DNA of 56,822 bases from Candidatus Gottesmanbacteria bacterium (GTDB lineage Bacteria; Patescibacteriota; Microgenomatia; UBA10105; UBA927). Under the pieces are notes generated by a model, which was not told the DNA's origin, searched no databases, and saw nothing but the letters and a program-made list of their open reading frames with translations. Shown one piece after another: positions 8,954-19,793 of this stretch. The stretch lies in the NCBI GenBank assembly GCA_963809665.1, contig CAWEKC010000002.1:1-56822 (forward strand), read 5' to 3'. Each line of letters begins with the position of its first letter. Positions within the stretch are counted from its first letter, which is position 1. The translations under genes were made by a program, and so were the position numbers.

Positions 8954-10084
8954 TTAACTTCTCTGCCTCAGGAAGGCGGGGATATCGAATTCGTCCTCTT
9001 CCGGCGGCAGCTCATCGTTTTTTATCGGCGGCGGGGGAGCCTGGTTGGACGTCTGGGCTACATGCGTCTGCGTCGGCTGGGCCATGGTACTGTAGCTGGG
9101 TTGGCCGGATAACTCCCGTAAACGTTTTTTTGTCTCGTCAAAGCCGGTTGCAATCACGGCAATCTTCACCTGATCCACCATATTCTGGTCAATGGTTGCG
9201 CCGAAAATTATATTGGCGTCCGGATCAACGGCGGAAGCAATTTGTTTTGCAGCCTCATCCACTTCGGCCATTGTAAGGTCCGGCCCTCCGGTTATATTGA
9301 ATAAGACTCCCTTTGCCCCTTCAATAGAAATCTCAAGAAGCGGCGATGCAATAGCAGTACGGGCGGCCGTTGCAGCCCTGTTTTCCCCGACACCGGTCCC
9401 GATACCCATAAGGGAACTTCCCGCATTGGTCATAATTGTCCGTACATCGGCAAAATCCACATTGATGAGGCCGGGCATCGTGATAAGATCGGCAATACCC
9501 TGCACCCCTTGGCCCAAAACCGAATCCGTCACACGGAATGCGTCCAAAAGCGTCATTTTTTTATCAATGACTTCCATAAGCCGCTGGTTGGGAATGACAA
9601 TAAGCGTATCCACTTTATCTTTGAGGTTCATGATGCCTTCTTCCGCAGTCACCATGCGTCTCGTACCTTCAAAATGGAACGGTTTCGTAACAACGGCGAT
9701 AGTGAGGGCCCCTAATTCTTTAGCAAGTTCCGCGATAATCGGCGTGGCCCCTGTTCCCGTGCCACCCCCTTCACCGCAGGTAAGAAATACCATGTCCGCA
9801 TCGCGCAGGTATTCCTTGAGTTTTTCGCGCGATTCTTCCGCGGCTTGTTTCCCTATTTCCGGATCGCCGCCTGCCCCGAGCCCGCGGGTGAGATTTTCTC
9901 CGATCTGTACTTTCGTCGACGCCTGGCAGGTAAGTAACGCCTGTGCGTCCGTATTGAGTCCCACAAAATCCACGCCTTTTATCTGGCTGCCGATAATCAT
10001 GGAGTTTATGGCATTGCAGCCGCCGCCGCCGATACCGATGACTTTAATTTTGGCAAACCGCGCAATGTCTGGTTTTATAAGCAT
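8954..10084 (-). CDS. ftsZ: Cell division protein FtsZ
   Basis: GGGTGTG tubulin motif, NVDFADV, C-terminal DIPAFLR peptide. Confidence 0.99.
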   Translation of the reverse strand: MLIKPDIARFAKIKVIGIGGGGCNAINSMIIGSQIKGVDFVGLNTDAQALLTCQASTKVQIGENLTRGLGAGGDPEIGKQAAEESREKLKEYLRDADMVFLTCGEGGGTGTGATPIIAELAKELGALTIAVVTKPFHFEGTRRMVTAEEGIMNLKDKVDTLIVIPNQRLMEVIDKKMTLLDAFRVTDSVLGQGVQGIADLITMPGLINVDFADVRTIMTNAGSSLMGIGTGVGENRAATAARTAIASPLLEISIEGAKGVLFNITGGPDLTMAEVDEAAKQIASAVDPDANIIFGATIDQNMVDQVKIAVIATGFDETKKRLRELSGQPSYSTMAQPTQTHVAQTSNQAPPPPIKNDELPPEEDEFDIPAFLRQRS

Positions 10085-10126
10085 AAGACCGTTTGGGGGC
10101 AGAAGAATAATTGCGGCAGATTTATT

Positions 10127-11437
10127 TCAGGGCATGAATGACTTTACCAGATCAATGACCTTCCCTGCAAGTCCCTTAATCTGAACCTTCTCTCTTATTT
10201 TTCCGAAACCTCTGAACATACTTCCCGACTCACCCGGTTCTCCCCGTGCGCCGAATAATATAAGTCCGACGCTTGCTGCATACGCGGGGGTCATTATTTC
10301 ATCAACCAGTCCGGTAATTTTCTTCGGCTCTCCGATATGAACCGGCATGGCAAGGTTGCGGCGAGCCGCCTCAACGGCTCCGACCGTCAGTGCTCCCCCG
10401 CCGGTGAGTACGATTCCCGACGGTGTCATCCCGCCGAAACCGCTCCGTTTAATTTCGAGTCCCACCATGGTGAATATTTCGTTTAATCTCGGTTTGATAA
10501 TTCCCTCGACGAGTGTTTTGCGTGACAGCATCCGCAACTCTTCCGGTAGTCCTAAACCGGATACATCCAACTCGTCGCCCTTTTCTCCTTTAACCGTTTT
10601 TACCCCCGCCATCGGTTGATCATCATCGGGGACCGCAGGGATACGCGGAGCCTTTCCCAATAACAGTTTAATTTTTTCCGCGCTTTCCAGAGATACTCTC
10701 AGCCCTGCCGCCAGATCTTTGGTAATGTTTATAGCACCGATCGGTATCACGGATGAATAAGACAACGCACCTTCAACAAAAATCGCTACGTCGGTTGTCC
10801 CGCCCCCGATATCGATAAGTACGACCCCCAATTCCTTTTCCGTATCCGTTATGGTTGCAATACTTGATGCCAGGCCGCCGAACGCCATGCCTTCCACTTC
10901 AACCCCCAGTTCCTCCACGCATTTACGCAAATTGCGGGTCGCCGTGGCGCCCCCGGTAACCAGGTGCGTATCAACCTCGAGTCTCACGCCGGTCATGCCT
11001 ATCGGGTCTACAACCCCTTCCTGACTGTCCACGACATATCCCCGCGGCAGCACGTGAAGAATTTCTCGAGATGACGGAAGTGATACGGCTTTTGCCGCTT
11101 CGATTACCCGTTTAACATCGCTCTCTGATATTTCCTTGTCGGGCTCTGATACCGCAACAACCCCGTGGGAGTTTTGCGATGCAATATGCGCGCCTCCGAC
11201 CAATAAAAACGCCCGTGCGACCTGGGTGCCGGCCATTCGCTCGGCTGCTTCCAGGGATCCGGAAATTGCAACAGTTGCTTCCTCAATATTGACCACCTGG
11301 CCCTTCCGCAGGCCGCGGCTGGGTACCGAAGAAACGCCGATAACACGAGCGTCCCCTTCTTCGGGAACAGTCGCGATGAGGGTCGTAATCTTACTGGTTC
11401 CGACATCTATGCCGGATACTATGTGGTCTCGCGCCAT
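10127..11437 (-). CDS. ftsA: Cell division protein FtsA
   Basis: GIDVGTSK, IDIGGGTTD, VLTGGGA actin-like motifs; upstream of ftsZ. Confidence 0.98.
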   Translation of the reverse strand: MARDHIVSGIDVGTSKITTLIATVPEEGDARVIGVSSVPSRGLRKGQVVNIEEATVAISGSLEAAERMAGTQVARAFLLVGGAHIASQNSHGVVAVSEPDKEISESDVKRVIEAAKAVSLPSSREILHVLPRGYVVDSQEGVVDPIGMTGVRLEVDTHLVTGGATATRNLRKCVEELGVEVEGMAFGGLASSIATITDTEKELGVVLIDIGGGTTDVAIFVEGALSYSSVIPIGAINITKDLAAGLRVSLESAEKIKLLLGKAPRIPAVPDDDQPMAGVKTVKGEKGDELDVSGLGLPEELRMLSRKTLVEGIIKPRLNEIFTMVGLEIKRSGFGGMTPSGIVLTGGGALTVGAVEAARRNLAMPVHIGEPKKITGLVDEIMTPAYAASVGLILFGARGEPGESGSMFRGFGKIREKVQIKGLAGKVIDLVKSFMP

Positions 11438-11439
11438 AA

Positions 11440-12144
11440 CTAAAATTTTAATATTGGTTTGTTAAACCGCAGATCAATAAACGTGGGCAGTGTACCTTTT
11501 ATTCTAAACCCCGCAAGAAGCGTTTGTAAAGTAGCCAGTACCGTGGCAGTGGGCGCGTCCTGAGGAAAAATTATATCTAGTTTGCCGCTTTTGGCCCGTA
11601 ATGACCGGTCGTCTTCAACCGAAACTTCGCTCACCGGCAGGATACCGCGCATACCCGTTATAAAGGCTATACCGGCGGTAACCCGCGGGTCAGAAATTTT
11701 TTCACCGATACGAACGACCGGGATTGCTACGACAAGACGGGGGAGTTCCATTGACCCGGAACCGGTATCCCCCAACACCACAGCGCCGGCATCCACCAGT
11801 ACATCGCGCGCCGGAAGAATCAAACGGACAACAGCAGAGCGCAGCGTAGGCATAATTACCAAAGTATGAGGATATTTTATTTGAAACTGGATATCGGCAA
11901 GTATGGGATTGTCTTCCAGAAGTTGCGTCCGGAGTTTTGAAGCAGGAAACAATAATAACGTTTTCGGTAACCTCCCTTCATCAACCTCAACGCGGATATT
12001 ATTCCCGACAACGACAATATTGTTAATGGTAAATATTTTTATGCAGGTCCAATAGACCGCACCGGAAAACAATAGAAACATTACAACGAATCCCACCGCT
12101 CTTCCGAATTTTCTTAAAAAAATAGACCGTTTGGATTTTATCAT
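11440..12144 (-). CDS. ftsQ: FtsQ/DivIB-like cell division protein
   Basis: Basic N-terminus, single TM, POTRA-like region, C-terminal IDLRF..P; position between murG and ftsA. Confidence 0.8.
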   Translation of the reverse strand: MIKSKRSIFLRKFGRAVGFVVMFLLFSGAVYWTCIKIFTINNIVVVGNNIRVEVDEGRLPKTLLLFPASKLRTQLLEDNPILADIQFQIKYPHTLVIMPTLRSAVVRLILPARDVLVDAGAVVLGDTGSGSMELPRLVVAIPVVRIGEKISDPRVTAGIAFITGMRGILPVSEVSVEDDRSLRAKSGKLDIIFPQDAPTATVLATLQTLLAGFRIKGTLPTFIDLRFNKPILKF

Positions 12145-13256
12145 GGCGCTGGTAGCAGGCGTTCGATTTCACGCACCAATCGCTTCGTGCCGTCATGCGG
12201 GATCAAAGCTGCAAACGCTTTAGCCCGTGGCTGTAGCAAGGGAATCCCTGCCCATATTTTTTCAATTTCTTTTTTCAGAATCTCCGGGGTTAGGTTCTTC
12301 TGGGTTAAAACTTTTGCACCCCCGTTATTCGCCAACCAAACGGCATTCTGCTGTTGTTCTCCTGCTCCTGACCACGGGAGAGGAATCAGAAGCGAAACCT
12401 TACCGAGCGCCGCAAGCTCCATAACGGTATTGGCACCGGACCTCCCGAGGACAAGCCCCGCGCGGGACAATACCCAAGCCAATTCCGTGACGGGTAGATA
12501 TGGCCGGACGATATACCTGTTTCTATATGCAGCATCAAGAGCCGATCTGATATTTTGCGCCTCTGCGATCGATGTATCGCCCACCTGATGAATTATAGAA
12601 TATTTCCTTACTAGTGATGGCAGTACCGGATACAACAGACGGTTCAACGATTGGGCGCCTGTTCCCCCGCCGGTAACATATATGAGCGGGTACGTAGATG
12701 TTTCAACCGCATACGGTGCTTTTTTTGGCGGTTTGAACAACTCCGCACGCATCGGTAATCCGGTCAGGACCGCCTTGCCTTTCGGGAAATGTCTTACTGA
12801 CTCGGGAAAGGTTACGCAGACGCGTTTCGCAATGCGGGCAATTATTCTGTTGGCGAGTCCGGCGGTAATCGTCTGTTCATGCGTAATAACGGGAATACGG
12901 CACAAACCTCCTGCTATGGCCGTCGGAAGGGCCACGTATCCGCCGAAACTCAGTATGAGAGACGGCCGCAAGCGAATACAATGCCACAATGCCTGAATGC
13001 ATCCGACAGGGATCTTGAGAAGCGAAGGTATTGTCATCCGCGTCAGTTGACGCTGCAACCTGCCGGTAGTAATGGAAATAAACGGAATATTCTTTCCTGT
13101 AATCAGCCGGTATTCGAATGAAATAGTTCTGCTGCCTTCCATCGCATACTTTCTTCCGAAAAATACGACGGATACATCTTCCGGAAGTACATCGATAACC
13201 GCAAGTGCCGGTGTGATATGTCCGCCCGTCATGACAATGGTGTTGGTATGATTCAT
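12141..13256 (-). CDS. murG: MurG lipid II GlcNAc transferase
   Basis: GGHITPAL, FGGYVALP, HEQ, RSGANTV.E, QQQNA. Confidence 0.95.
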   Translation of the reverse strand: MNHTNTIVMTGGHITPALAVIDVLPEDVSVVFFGRKYAMEGSRTISFEYRLITGKNIPFISITTGRLQRQLTRMTIPSLLKIPVGCIQALWHCIRLRPSLILSFGGYVALPTAIAGGLCRIPVITHEQTITAGLANRIIARIAKRVCVTFPESVRHFPKGKAVLTGLPMRAELFKPPKKAPYAVETSTYPLIYVTGGGTGAQSLNRLLYPVLPSLVRKYSIIHQVGDTSIAEAQNIRSALDAAYRNRYIVRPYLPVTELAWVLSRAGLVLGRSGANTVMELAALGKVSLLIPLPWSGAGEQQQNAVWLANNGGAKVLTQKNLTPEILKKEIEKIWAGIPLLQPRAKAFAALIPHDGTKRLVREIERLLPAP

Positions 13257-14344
13257 GATGCTTTACTTATATTTAACAGAACGCCTACTGCGGCTAACAT
13301 AATAATAAGGCTGGATCCGCCATACGAAACAAACGGAAGAGGTACCCCCGTCAGAGGCATGAGCGCGACCATGGCCGAGAGATTGATAATAGTTTGCACG
13401 GAAATCCATGATGTAATACCGATTGCAAGTAGCCGTCCGAAACCGTCCCGCGCGCGTTTTGCAATCCGGAACCCCCGCCACGAAGCAAATACAAACATCA
13501 GAATGACGGCAACCGACCCCACAAAACCGGTTTCTTCTCCAATAATAGCAAATATCGAATCGGTATTTGCCTCCGGAAGGTATTCATACTTCTGGCGCGA
13601 TTGTCCTATGCCGACTCCAAACCACCCGCCGGATCCCAAACCCAATAACGCCTGCCGGATGTGATAGGAAGATCCCAACGGGTCCTGGTTTGGATGTAAG
13701 AATGTCGTTAAACGCGCCATGCGGTATGGGGAAATAATCGCAAGGAGCAGAATTCCTGCCCCAAGTACCGGAATAATGACTGCAAAATGGAGAACCGGCG
13801 CACCCGAGGCGAAATACATAATAAGTGCGATAGCGATAATTATGACACTGGTTCCTAAATCAGGTTCCAGAAGTACTAAACCAACGACCATTGAAACAAG
13901 TAATGCAAACGCGGCAAACCTTCCCTTTTCGCGGCCGGAAAACCAAGCGGAAAGATACATCGCCAGAACCAGTTTGGCAAGCTCGGCCGGCTGCAATACG
14001 AAAAATCCGAAATTAATCCACCGATGCGCACCCAACGCTGATACACCGATGACCGGCAAAAAAACTGCTATGAGCAATACAAGTGTTCCCAGAAGTGCCG
14101 GCAATGCAATCTTGTACCACGCGTGGTAATCGATGAAAGAGAATACGGTGAGAGCGACAAAACCGAGGATTAGCCACTTCAACTGGTCCCGGAGGTAATA
14201 GTATTGGTTTCCGAAATCCCGTACGGCAATAGCCACCGATGAATCGTACACCATCAGAACGCCGAAGAGCGATAATATGATGACCGCAATGAGCATCCAT
14301 CGATCTCCCGGACGCCTTTTTACTTTAAAGGAGGGAAACTTCAT
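13253..14344 (-). CDS. ftsW: FtsW (SEDS peptidoglycan polymerase)
   Basis: HRWI..G...QPAELAK, EPDLGT, LPEANTDSIFA, GVPLPFVSYGGSS. Start placed at MKFPSF (14344). Confidence 0.96.
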   Translation of the reverse strand: MKFPSFKVKRRPGDRWMLIAVIILSLFGVLMVYDSSVAIAVRDFGNQYYYLRDQLKWLILGFVALTVFSFIDYHAWYKIALPALLGTLVLLIAVFLPVIGVSALGAHRWINFGFFVLQPAELAKLVLAMYLSAWFSGREKGRFAAFALLVSMVVGLVLLEPDLGTSVIIIAIALIMYFASGAPVLHFAVIIPVLGAGILLLAIISPYRMARLTTFLHPNQDPLGSSYHIRQALLGLGSGGWFGVGIGQSRQKYEYLPEANTDSIFAIIGEETGFVGSVAVILMFVFASWRGFRIAKRARDGFGRLLAIGITSWISVQTIINLSAMVALMPLTGVPLPFVSYGGSSLIIMLAAVGVLLNISKAS

Positions 14345-15707
14345 GCTTAAATAATTTGCCGCGTTCCTTATAATTTTGAAACATATCAAACGATGCACAG
14401 GCGGGAGAAAGCAGTACCACGTCGCCCGCCGACGCCTGGCCGGCGGCAAGCGTTACAATATCATGCATGGACCGGACATCGGTAAGGATTTTTCCTGTGA
14501 ATCCCGCGTCTTTGACGGCTTTGACTATCCTGTCGGTCATCCGGCCTATCGCAATAAGTACCCTGACCGGATTGGCGGCAATTATTTTCCCCAGTTCGGT
14601 AAAATCCGAACCTTTTTCAGACCCACCCGCGATAAGAATCATCGGCTGTACAAACGATTCTATCGCGGCAATCGCGGTTTCGGGAACGGTAGAAAAAGAA
14701 TCGTTTACCCAGAGGACTCCATTTACTTCACGGTATATTTCTAGTCTGTGTTCCAAACCCTCAAAGGACAACGCCGCTGCACGGATTGACGCGAAAGATG
14801 CTCCTGCGGCTCCTGCTGCAAGGCTAGCCGCTGCAATATTATCAAGATTATGAATTCCCCGGAGTTTAATTTCTCCCAGAGAACAAATTTTTTGTGCGTT
14901 ATTTTGCAGCCGCATGTACACCGCCCCGTCGTGAACGTACGCATCCCGGGTTTGATCGGACCGGCTGAAGTATGCGATATGCGCGGGTGTTTCTGCTGCA
15001 AATGACAGGCTCGTCGGGTCATCGGCATTCAGAACAGCTGTATCGGTTTTTTTCTGATACCGGACGATGGATTTTTTTGCGTCGACGTAACTTTGACGGG
15101 TTTCGTGAAAATTCGAGGCAAGAGAATCCTGATTTGCTAAATGTTCCTGTGTCGTTTTCAGAATGACTGCAATATGCGGACTTTGCCTGCTGTCCTCAAG
15201 CTGAAATGACGACAGTTCCAATACGACTACGTTCGACGGTTTGATCGTTCTCACTTTTGAAAGTATGGGTATACCGACATTCCCTCCGAGCCAAACCTTT
15301 TTTCCGGCGGTTTCGAGCATCTGTGCGATAAGTGTACTCGTTGTCCCCTTCCCTTTTGTTCCTGTTACCCCGACGATCGGGGCAGTACATAAGGAAAAAA
15401 ATAATTTTGTCTGGCTGGTAATTTCGTGTCCGTCCCTCCGGACGGAAACAAGCTCCGGCAGACGCAGCGACATACCCGGCGTGCGTACGATAATATCAAA
15501 CCGGTTAATACGATTTAAATACCCCTCGCCCAACTGAAATCCCTCCGCAAGGGGAACAAGTTCCCCGTACGTATCCCCGAGTTGTTCTTTAGATCTGCGG
15601 TCGCAACACCAGATGCGCGCTCCTTCATTGTGGAAAAAAATCGCAGAGTCTATTCCTTCGACCGATAATCCTAAAATCGCAACTGTTTTTCCTTTATATT
15701 GCTGCAT
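14325..15707 (-). CDS. murD: UDP-MurNAc-L-Ala:D-Glu ligase
   Basis: GTKGKGTT, GGNVG, ELSSFQL, HRLE, NDSFST, LSPACASFD. Start placed at MQQYKGK (15707), overlapping the murI stop. Confidence 0.96.
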   Translation of the reverse strand: MQQYKGKTVAILGLSVEGIDSAIFFHNEGARIWCCDRRSKEQLGDTYGELVPLAEGFQLGEGYLNRINRFDIIVRTPGMSLRLPELVSVRRDGHEITSQTKLFFSLCTAPIVGVTGTKGKGTTSTLIAQMLETAGKKVWLGGNVGIPILSKVRTIKPSNVVVLELSSFQLEDSRQSPHIAVILKTTQEHLANQDSLASNFHETRQSYVDAKKSIVRYQKKTDTAVLNADDPTSLSFAAETPAHIAYFSRSDQTRDAYVHDGAVYMRLQNNAQKICSLGEIKLRGIHNLDNIAAASLAAGAAGASFASIRAAALSFEGLEHRLEIYREVNGVLWVNDSFSTVPETAIAAIESFVQPMILIAGGSEKGSDFTELGKIIAANPVRVLIAIGRMTDRIVKAVKDAGFTGKILTDVRSMHDIVTLAAGQASAGDVVLLSPACASFDMFQNYKERGKLFKHEVSLL

Positions 15708-16491
15708 ATTGTACCTGTACACCCGTATCCAATAACGTAGAGGCGATTCCTGATGCCTCCGGCCAATTCCTCGTCGAATAAAATATATGGTCGACTCTGT
15801 TACCATGGGCCAACATATGATTCTGCTCCAAAATCCTCCTCACATGCCGCGCCACAGCACCTCCCGAATCCAAAATGGCGATACCATCTCCTACTATAGC
15901 ACGGATTTGTTCCCTCAAAAACGGGTAGTGAGTGCACCCCAATGCGATAACATCAACATTCCGGCTCACTACGGGATCAAGGATTCCATGGAGTTCTTTT
16001 TCCAATACCGGTCCCCGCAACTTTGCTGCCTCAACGAACGAAATAAGGTTCGGGCAACCGAGATTGAAAACACGGCAATCACCGGCAAATTTCCGGATAA
16101 GTTTTTTCTGATACAAACTTCTGGCGGTTAACTCCGTTGAAAGGACGATAAACTTTCTTGTTTTTGATACGGCAGCTGCGGTTTTAACAACCGGTACGAC
16201 ACCGATAATCGGCATATCGGGAAACCACCGGCGGTATCTGTCAATACCTGCGACCGTCGCCGTATTACAGGCGATGACGATCAGTTTGACGTGCTTTAAA
16301 GTTAAGAACTGTATAATTTTTTTTACACGGGAGCGGATGATTCGGGGGGATTTTGTGTTATACGGCAGATATGCATGATCACCGATATACACCGTTGATT
16401 CGTGCGGAAGTAAACCTGTAATACTTTGGTACACGGACAATCCCCCGAAGCCGGAATCCATAATACCGACCGCCGCTGTTGGTTTTTCCAT
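15694..16491 (-). CDS. murI: Glutamate racemase
   Basis: DSGFGGLSV, ACNTA, LGCTHYP. Confidence 0.96.
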   Translation of the reverse strand: MEKPTAAVGIMDSGFGGLSVYQSITGLLPHESTVYIGDHAYLPYNTKSPRIIRSRVKKIIQFLTLKHVKLIVIACNTATVAGIDRYRRWFPDMPIIGVVPVVKTAAAVSKTRKFIVLSTELTARSLYQKKLIRKFAGDCRVFNLGCPNLISFVEAAKLRGPVLEKELHGILDPVVSRNVDVIALGCTHYPFLREQIRAIVGDGIAILDSGGAVARHVRRILEQNHMLAHGNRVDHIFYSTRNWPEASGIASTLLDTGVQVQYAAI

Positions 16492-16503
16492 AGAAGAAAC
16501 CCG

Positions 16504-17553
16504 TTATAGGGCAGGTACTTTTGTGAGCATCGCAATCCATAAACCGAAAATGGCAAGAATAATTGAAATTACCCACAAGCGCATCACGATCTTCGGCTCG
16601 GGCCAGCCGTTATACTGGAGCCATAAATGAAACGGCGCTACTGAAAATGCCTTTTTATGCAGGAATTTTTTCGATAACAACTGGACGAGTGATGATGTAA
16701 CCTCGACAACAAAAACACCCCCAATAACGACGAGTGCGGGCGCTTTCCCTAATACGAGCCCGACGACCGCCATAGTCGCACCGAACGAAAGGGATCCGAC
16801 ATCGCCTAAAAAGATACGGGCCGGAAAAATATTGAAATATAAAAATGCAATCAGACTCCCGAGCCAGATAGCAAGAAACACGGAAAGCGGCGTGTCCAGA
16901 ATCGACGCTGAAATGATCCAGAAAGCCCCGATGGCAATCATGAGGAGCCCCGGCGCAAGCCCATCCAGACCGTCGGTTATGTTAAATGCGTTGGCAAACG
17001 AAATGATGACAAGAGTCGCAAACGGTATGTACCACCACCCTAACCGAATGATGCCAAAAAGAGGTACGTAGAAAATATCAATCCGCAGGTCATGAATCAG
17101 CCAGAAACTGATGATACCTGCCAACAATATTTCCAACAGTAATTTGTGCCGGAGCCGCAGACCGAAAAATGTCGGCGTGATCCCTCCGAACGTTTTTTTG
17201 ATATCATCCAATAATCCGAGAGCCCCGAATGAGACAAACGTAAACAGAAGAATTTTAATTTCACTGGCGATAGGATACACAGCGGTGATGGGAAGCCAAA
17301 AATAATACATGATAAGCACCGCAAGAGGGAATAAAATTGTCGTGACCGCGATAATGAGTGCTCCTCCCCCGACCGGTGTCCCCGCTTTATTTTCATGAAA
17401 ACGGTCAAATATCGGCGTCCGTTTATTAAACGCGTCCAGGGTTTTTTGATGGAGCCTCTGCATGCGCCATTTATACAAAAGCCGTATAAAAGGAAAATAG
17501 AGAATGCTGCTGACGAGCCACGAAAATAGCACTAAACCAAGTAAAAAAACCAT
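16504..17553 (-). CDS. mraY: Phospho-MurNAc-pentapeptide transferase
   Basis: KAGTPVGGG, LLDD, NAFNITDGLDGL, IFLGDVGS, APFHLW. Start placed at MVFLLG (17553). Confidence 0.95.
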   Translation of the reverse strand: MVFLLGLVLFSWLVSSILYFPFIRLLYKWRMQRLHQKTLDAFNKRTPIFDRFHENKAGTPVGGGALIIAVTTILFPLAVLIMYYFWLPITAVYPIASEIKILLFTFVSFGALGLLDDIKKTFGGITPTFFGLRLRHKLLLEILLAGIISFWLIHDLRIDIFYVPLFGIIRLGWWYIPFATLVIISFANAFNITDGLDGLAPGLLMIAIGAFWIISASILDTPLSVFLAIWLGSLIAFLYFNIFPARIFLGDVGSLSFGATMAVVGLVLGKAPALVVIGGVFVVEVTSSLVQLLSKKFLHKKAFSVAPFHLWLQYNGWPEPKIVMRLWVISIILAIFGLWIAMLTKVPAL

Positions 17554-17558
17554 AGATA

Positions 17559-17915
17559 TTATAGGTACGGCAAAAACACGAAACCCGCAACAACGACGGC
17601 ACCGACAGCCACGGTCAGCATCATACCGGCCGCTACATCTTTGGCAATTTTGGCTTCGGCACGCCACTCGTGGGTAATAAGGTCCGTCATTGATTCAAGC
17701 GCAGTATTTATAAATTCAGCTGTAAGCCCAAGAACGATCGTAAATATGATGATAGCCCATTCGGTCCGGGTAATACGTAAATACCAGCTTAATAAGAGAG
17801 CGAATACGGCAAGAACGAGATGGATGCGGAAATTCGGTTGTGTACGCAGTGCCCATGCAAGGCCGGAAAAGGCGTTTTTGAACGAAACCGTATGTTTCCG
17901 GATGATTTCTCTCAT
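17559..17915 (-). CDS. dgkA: Diacylglycerol/undecaprenol kinase
   Basis: SFKNAFSG..NFRIH, EFINTALE..TD, AKIAKDVAAG. Confidence 0.9.
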   Translation of the reverse strand: MREIIRKHTVSFKNAFSGLAWALRTQPNFRIHLVLAVFALLLSWYLRITRTEWAIIIFTIVLGLTAEFINTALESMTDLITHEWRAEAKIAKDVAAGMMLTVAVGAVVVAGFVFLPYL

Positions 17916-17956
17916 AACTATATAAAAGTATAACGGCTCAACTGTAAAAATACAAA

Positions 17957-18910
17957 TTAGTACCCTTTAAGGTGTTTGCGTACGAGTTCTATGGTTTTCG
18001 GGATCACATACAGGGGAGTTACCGGATAATCCATCGCATGTATAAATGACACCGTACGCCCCCCGAACCCTGTTTTGAACAACGTTATACCCCGCCACGG
18101 ATGATTTAGTTTGTTGTCCGGCGCTATACCCCAAAAATTGTACAATTTTTTCCCCCGTTTCCTAGCCTCACAGACTGCCTCCCACTGAATTAAATAGGAC
18201 CCCGGAATTTTACTTGGTATCGAGGCTCCGTGATGGTAAACGGCCTCATCACCGAAATAGACAATAATTGCCGCGGCAAGTATTTTTCCTTCGAACGATG
18301 CAAGGTACAGCTGTGCGTCGAGTGTTTCCATCTCTTCACGGATGCCTTTGTGCTGCACAAAATTATGCCTGTTTGATGTGTCGCTGTATAAGTCAAGAAA
18401 CTTAGATATATCATTACTTTTTACAATTTTTACTCCCATTTTTTGTGCTTTCCTGATTTCATAGCGGGTAGTTTTACGCATCCCCGCCAGAAGGTCATCT
18501 TCGGTTTTATCCAAGTCCAGCACCCAGCAGACTTCCGCATCCATCGCATGAATCGGGGCGGGCACAAATCCCATATTTTTATACAAACCGGGTTCTGTTA
18601 CTTGCGGGCTGATGCGGATAAACCATGACCGTTCATTTTTGGCGAGTTCTTTAAGATCAGTAAAATTTATGTCACCTACCGGTCCGTGGCGGATATGGAG
18701 AAACATTCCGCGCCGGGCTGATACTTTAATTATTTGCGCAACACCGACAAGCGAGTTTTTGTCAAACCACCCCCACCGCCAAACATGATGACCCATCTTC
18801 TTCTCCACGTCTCCCCATGCCCATAATTGAAAAAGTGCATGAGGGGAATGGCTGAGAATAAACGCATTCCATACATTCTCCGATATAATTTCCTTTTTCA
18901 GTAGAACCAT
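17957..18910 (-). CDS. FemABX-family (aminoacyl-tRNA-dependent) peptidoglycan peptidyltransferase
   Basis: LFQ..AWG, HGPV, MRKTTRYEIRKAQK.GV, YHHGAS, YNFWGI, GITLFKTGFGG. Confidence 0.88.
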   Translation of the reverse strand: MVLLKKEIISENVWNAFILSHSPHALFQLWAWGDVEKKMGHHVWRWGWFDKNSLVGVAQIIKVSARRGMFLHIRHGPVGDINFTDLKELAKNERSWFIRISPQVTEPGLYKNMGFVPAPIHAMDAEVCWVLDLDKTEDDLLAGMRKTTRYEIRKAQKMGVKIVKSNDISKFLDLYSDTSNRHNFVQHKGIREEMETLDAQLYLASFEGKILAAAIIVYFGDEAVYHHGASIPSKIPGSYLIQWEAVCEARKRGKKLYNFWGIAPDNKLNHPWRGITLFKTGFGGRTVSFIHAMDYPVTPLYVIPKTIELVRKHLKGY

Positions 18911-18915
18911 GCCGT

Positions 18916-19254
18916 TTATTGTACCAGGCTGTGTAAAATCGTGGTTATGACGGAGAAAAGTATGGATCCCAATAGTGCGGTGAGGAACCCGTCGATTTTG
19001 AATCCCGGCGTCAGGGCACTGGCGAGCATAAGCATGAGCGCGTTCAGGACTAATGCAAAAAGTCCGAATGTGATAATGGTTACGGGAAGCGTCAGCAGAA
19101 AAAGAAGCGGTTTAATAAGAGCATTCACAAAACCGATGACAACGACGGCTATCAAAGCACTTCCGAAATCTAACAGGTGAATACCCGGCAAAATCTTTGC
19201 GACAATATACAGGGCGAGCGCATTGAGAACCCAGCGGACGAGTATGCTTATCAT
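18916..19254 (-). CDS. YvlD-like 4-TM membrane protein (phage holin 4_2 family)
   Basis: NALIKP.L.LLTLP..I.T.GLF..V.NA motif; 112 aa. Confidence 0.85.
   Translation of the reverse strand: MISILVRWVLNALALYIVAKILPGIHLLDFGSALIAVVVIGFVNALIKPLLFLLTLPVTIITFGLFALVLNALMLMLASALTPGFKIDGFLTALLGSILFSVITTILHSLVQ
18918..18926 (-). promoter_or_regulatory. Extended -10 (TGgTACAAT) 7 nt before the femABX-like ATG
   Basis: Built from the last codons and stop of the upstream gene (GTA CAA TAA). Confidence 0.55.
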
Positions 19255-19793
19255 AGAGAAAACTCCTTTCCGTGACCCGGCAGAATCCGGGTATCTTTCG
19301 GGAACGACATAATTTTTTTAAGTGATACCGTAAGCTTCTGCCGATCGGAGTAGGAAAAATCCGTTCTTCCCACGCCGTTAGCAAACATAGTGTCTCCCAC
19401 AACGAGTATATCATTGAACTGCAAACAGATACTACCCGGTGTATGTCCGGGCGTGTGAATAAACGGCAGATTTCCAATTTTCGACGGTACCGGCGGCGGA
19501 TCAATTTCTTGTATCCCGAGAAAATGTTTTGCGGACGATTGCATTCGCGAAAGGAGAAATATATCGTCATCGTGAATATAAAACGGAATATTGTACGCCA
19601 ATTGCAGCGCATATGCCGCCATAATGTGATCAAAGTGCCCGTGCGTTGCCACAATCATTGTAGGTTTGGTAGTGAGATGGGAGATTATATATTCCGCGTC
19701 ATCCCCGGGGTCAATAATGATGGATTTATTTTTATCGATTACTATATAACAATTTGTTGCCATCTGGCCGACAACAAGAGTTTCTACAGTCAT
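19251..19793 (-). CDS. MBL-fold metallo-hydrolase (glyoxalase II/YcbL-like)
   Basis: THGHFDH, HTPGHTPGS, GD, PGHG. Confidence 0.9.
   Translation of the reverse strand: MTVETLVVGQMATNCYIVIDKNKSIIIDPGDDAEYIISHLTTKPTMIVATHGHFDHIMAAYALQLAYNIPFYIHDDDIFLLSRMQSSAKHFLGIQEIDPPPVPSKIGNLPFIHTPGHTPGSICLQFNDILVVGDTMFANGVGRTDFSYSDRQKLTVSLKKIMSFPKDTRILPGHGKEFSL

Noticed and set aside
9192-10184. 330-aa + strand ORF opposite ftsZ, and similar antisense ORFs opposite ftsA, murG, ftsW, murD, ftsI and others
   Set aside because: Shadow frames of conserved genes; no start signals or family motifs.
14450-15806. Long N-terminal extensions of murD, ftsW, mraY, murB, rsmH and other genes in the ORF track
   Set aside because: They overlap upstream genes in other frames; later ATGs match family N-termini and coupling patterns.
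18916-19254. Phage holin as evidence of a prophage
   Set aside because: The YvlD-like family is common on chromosomes; no integrase, structural or lysin genes are nearby.
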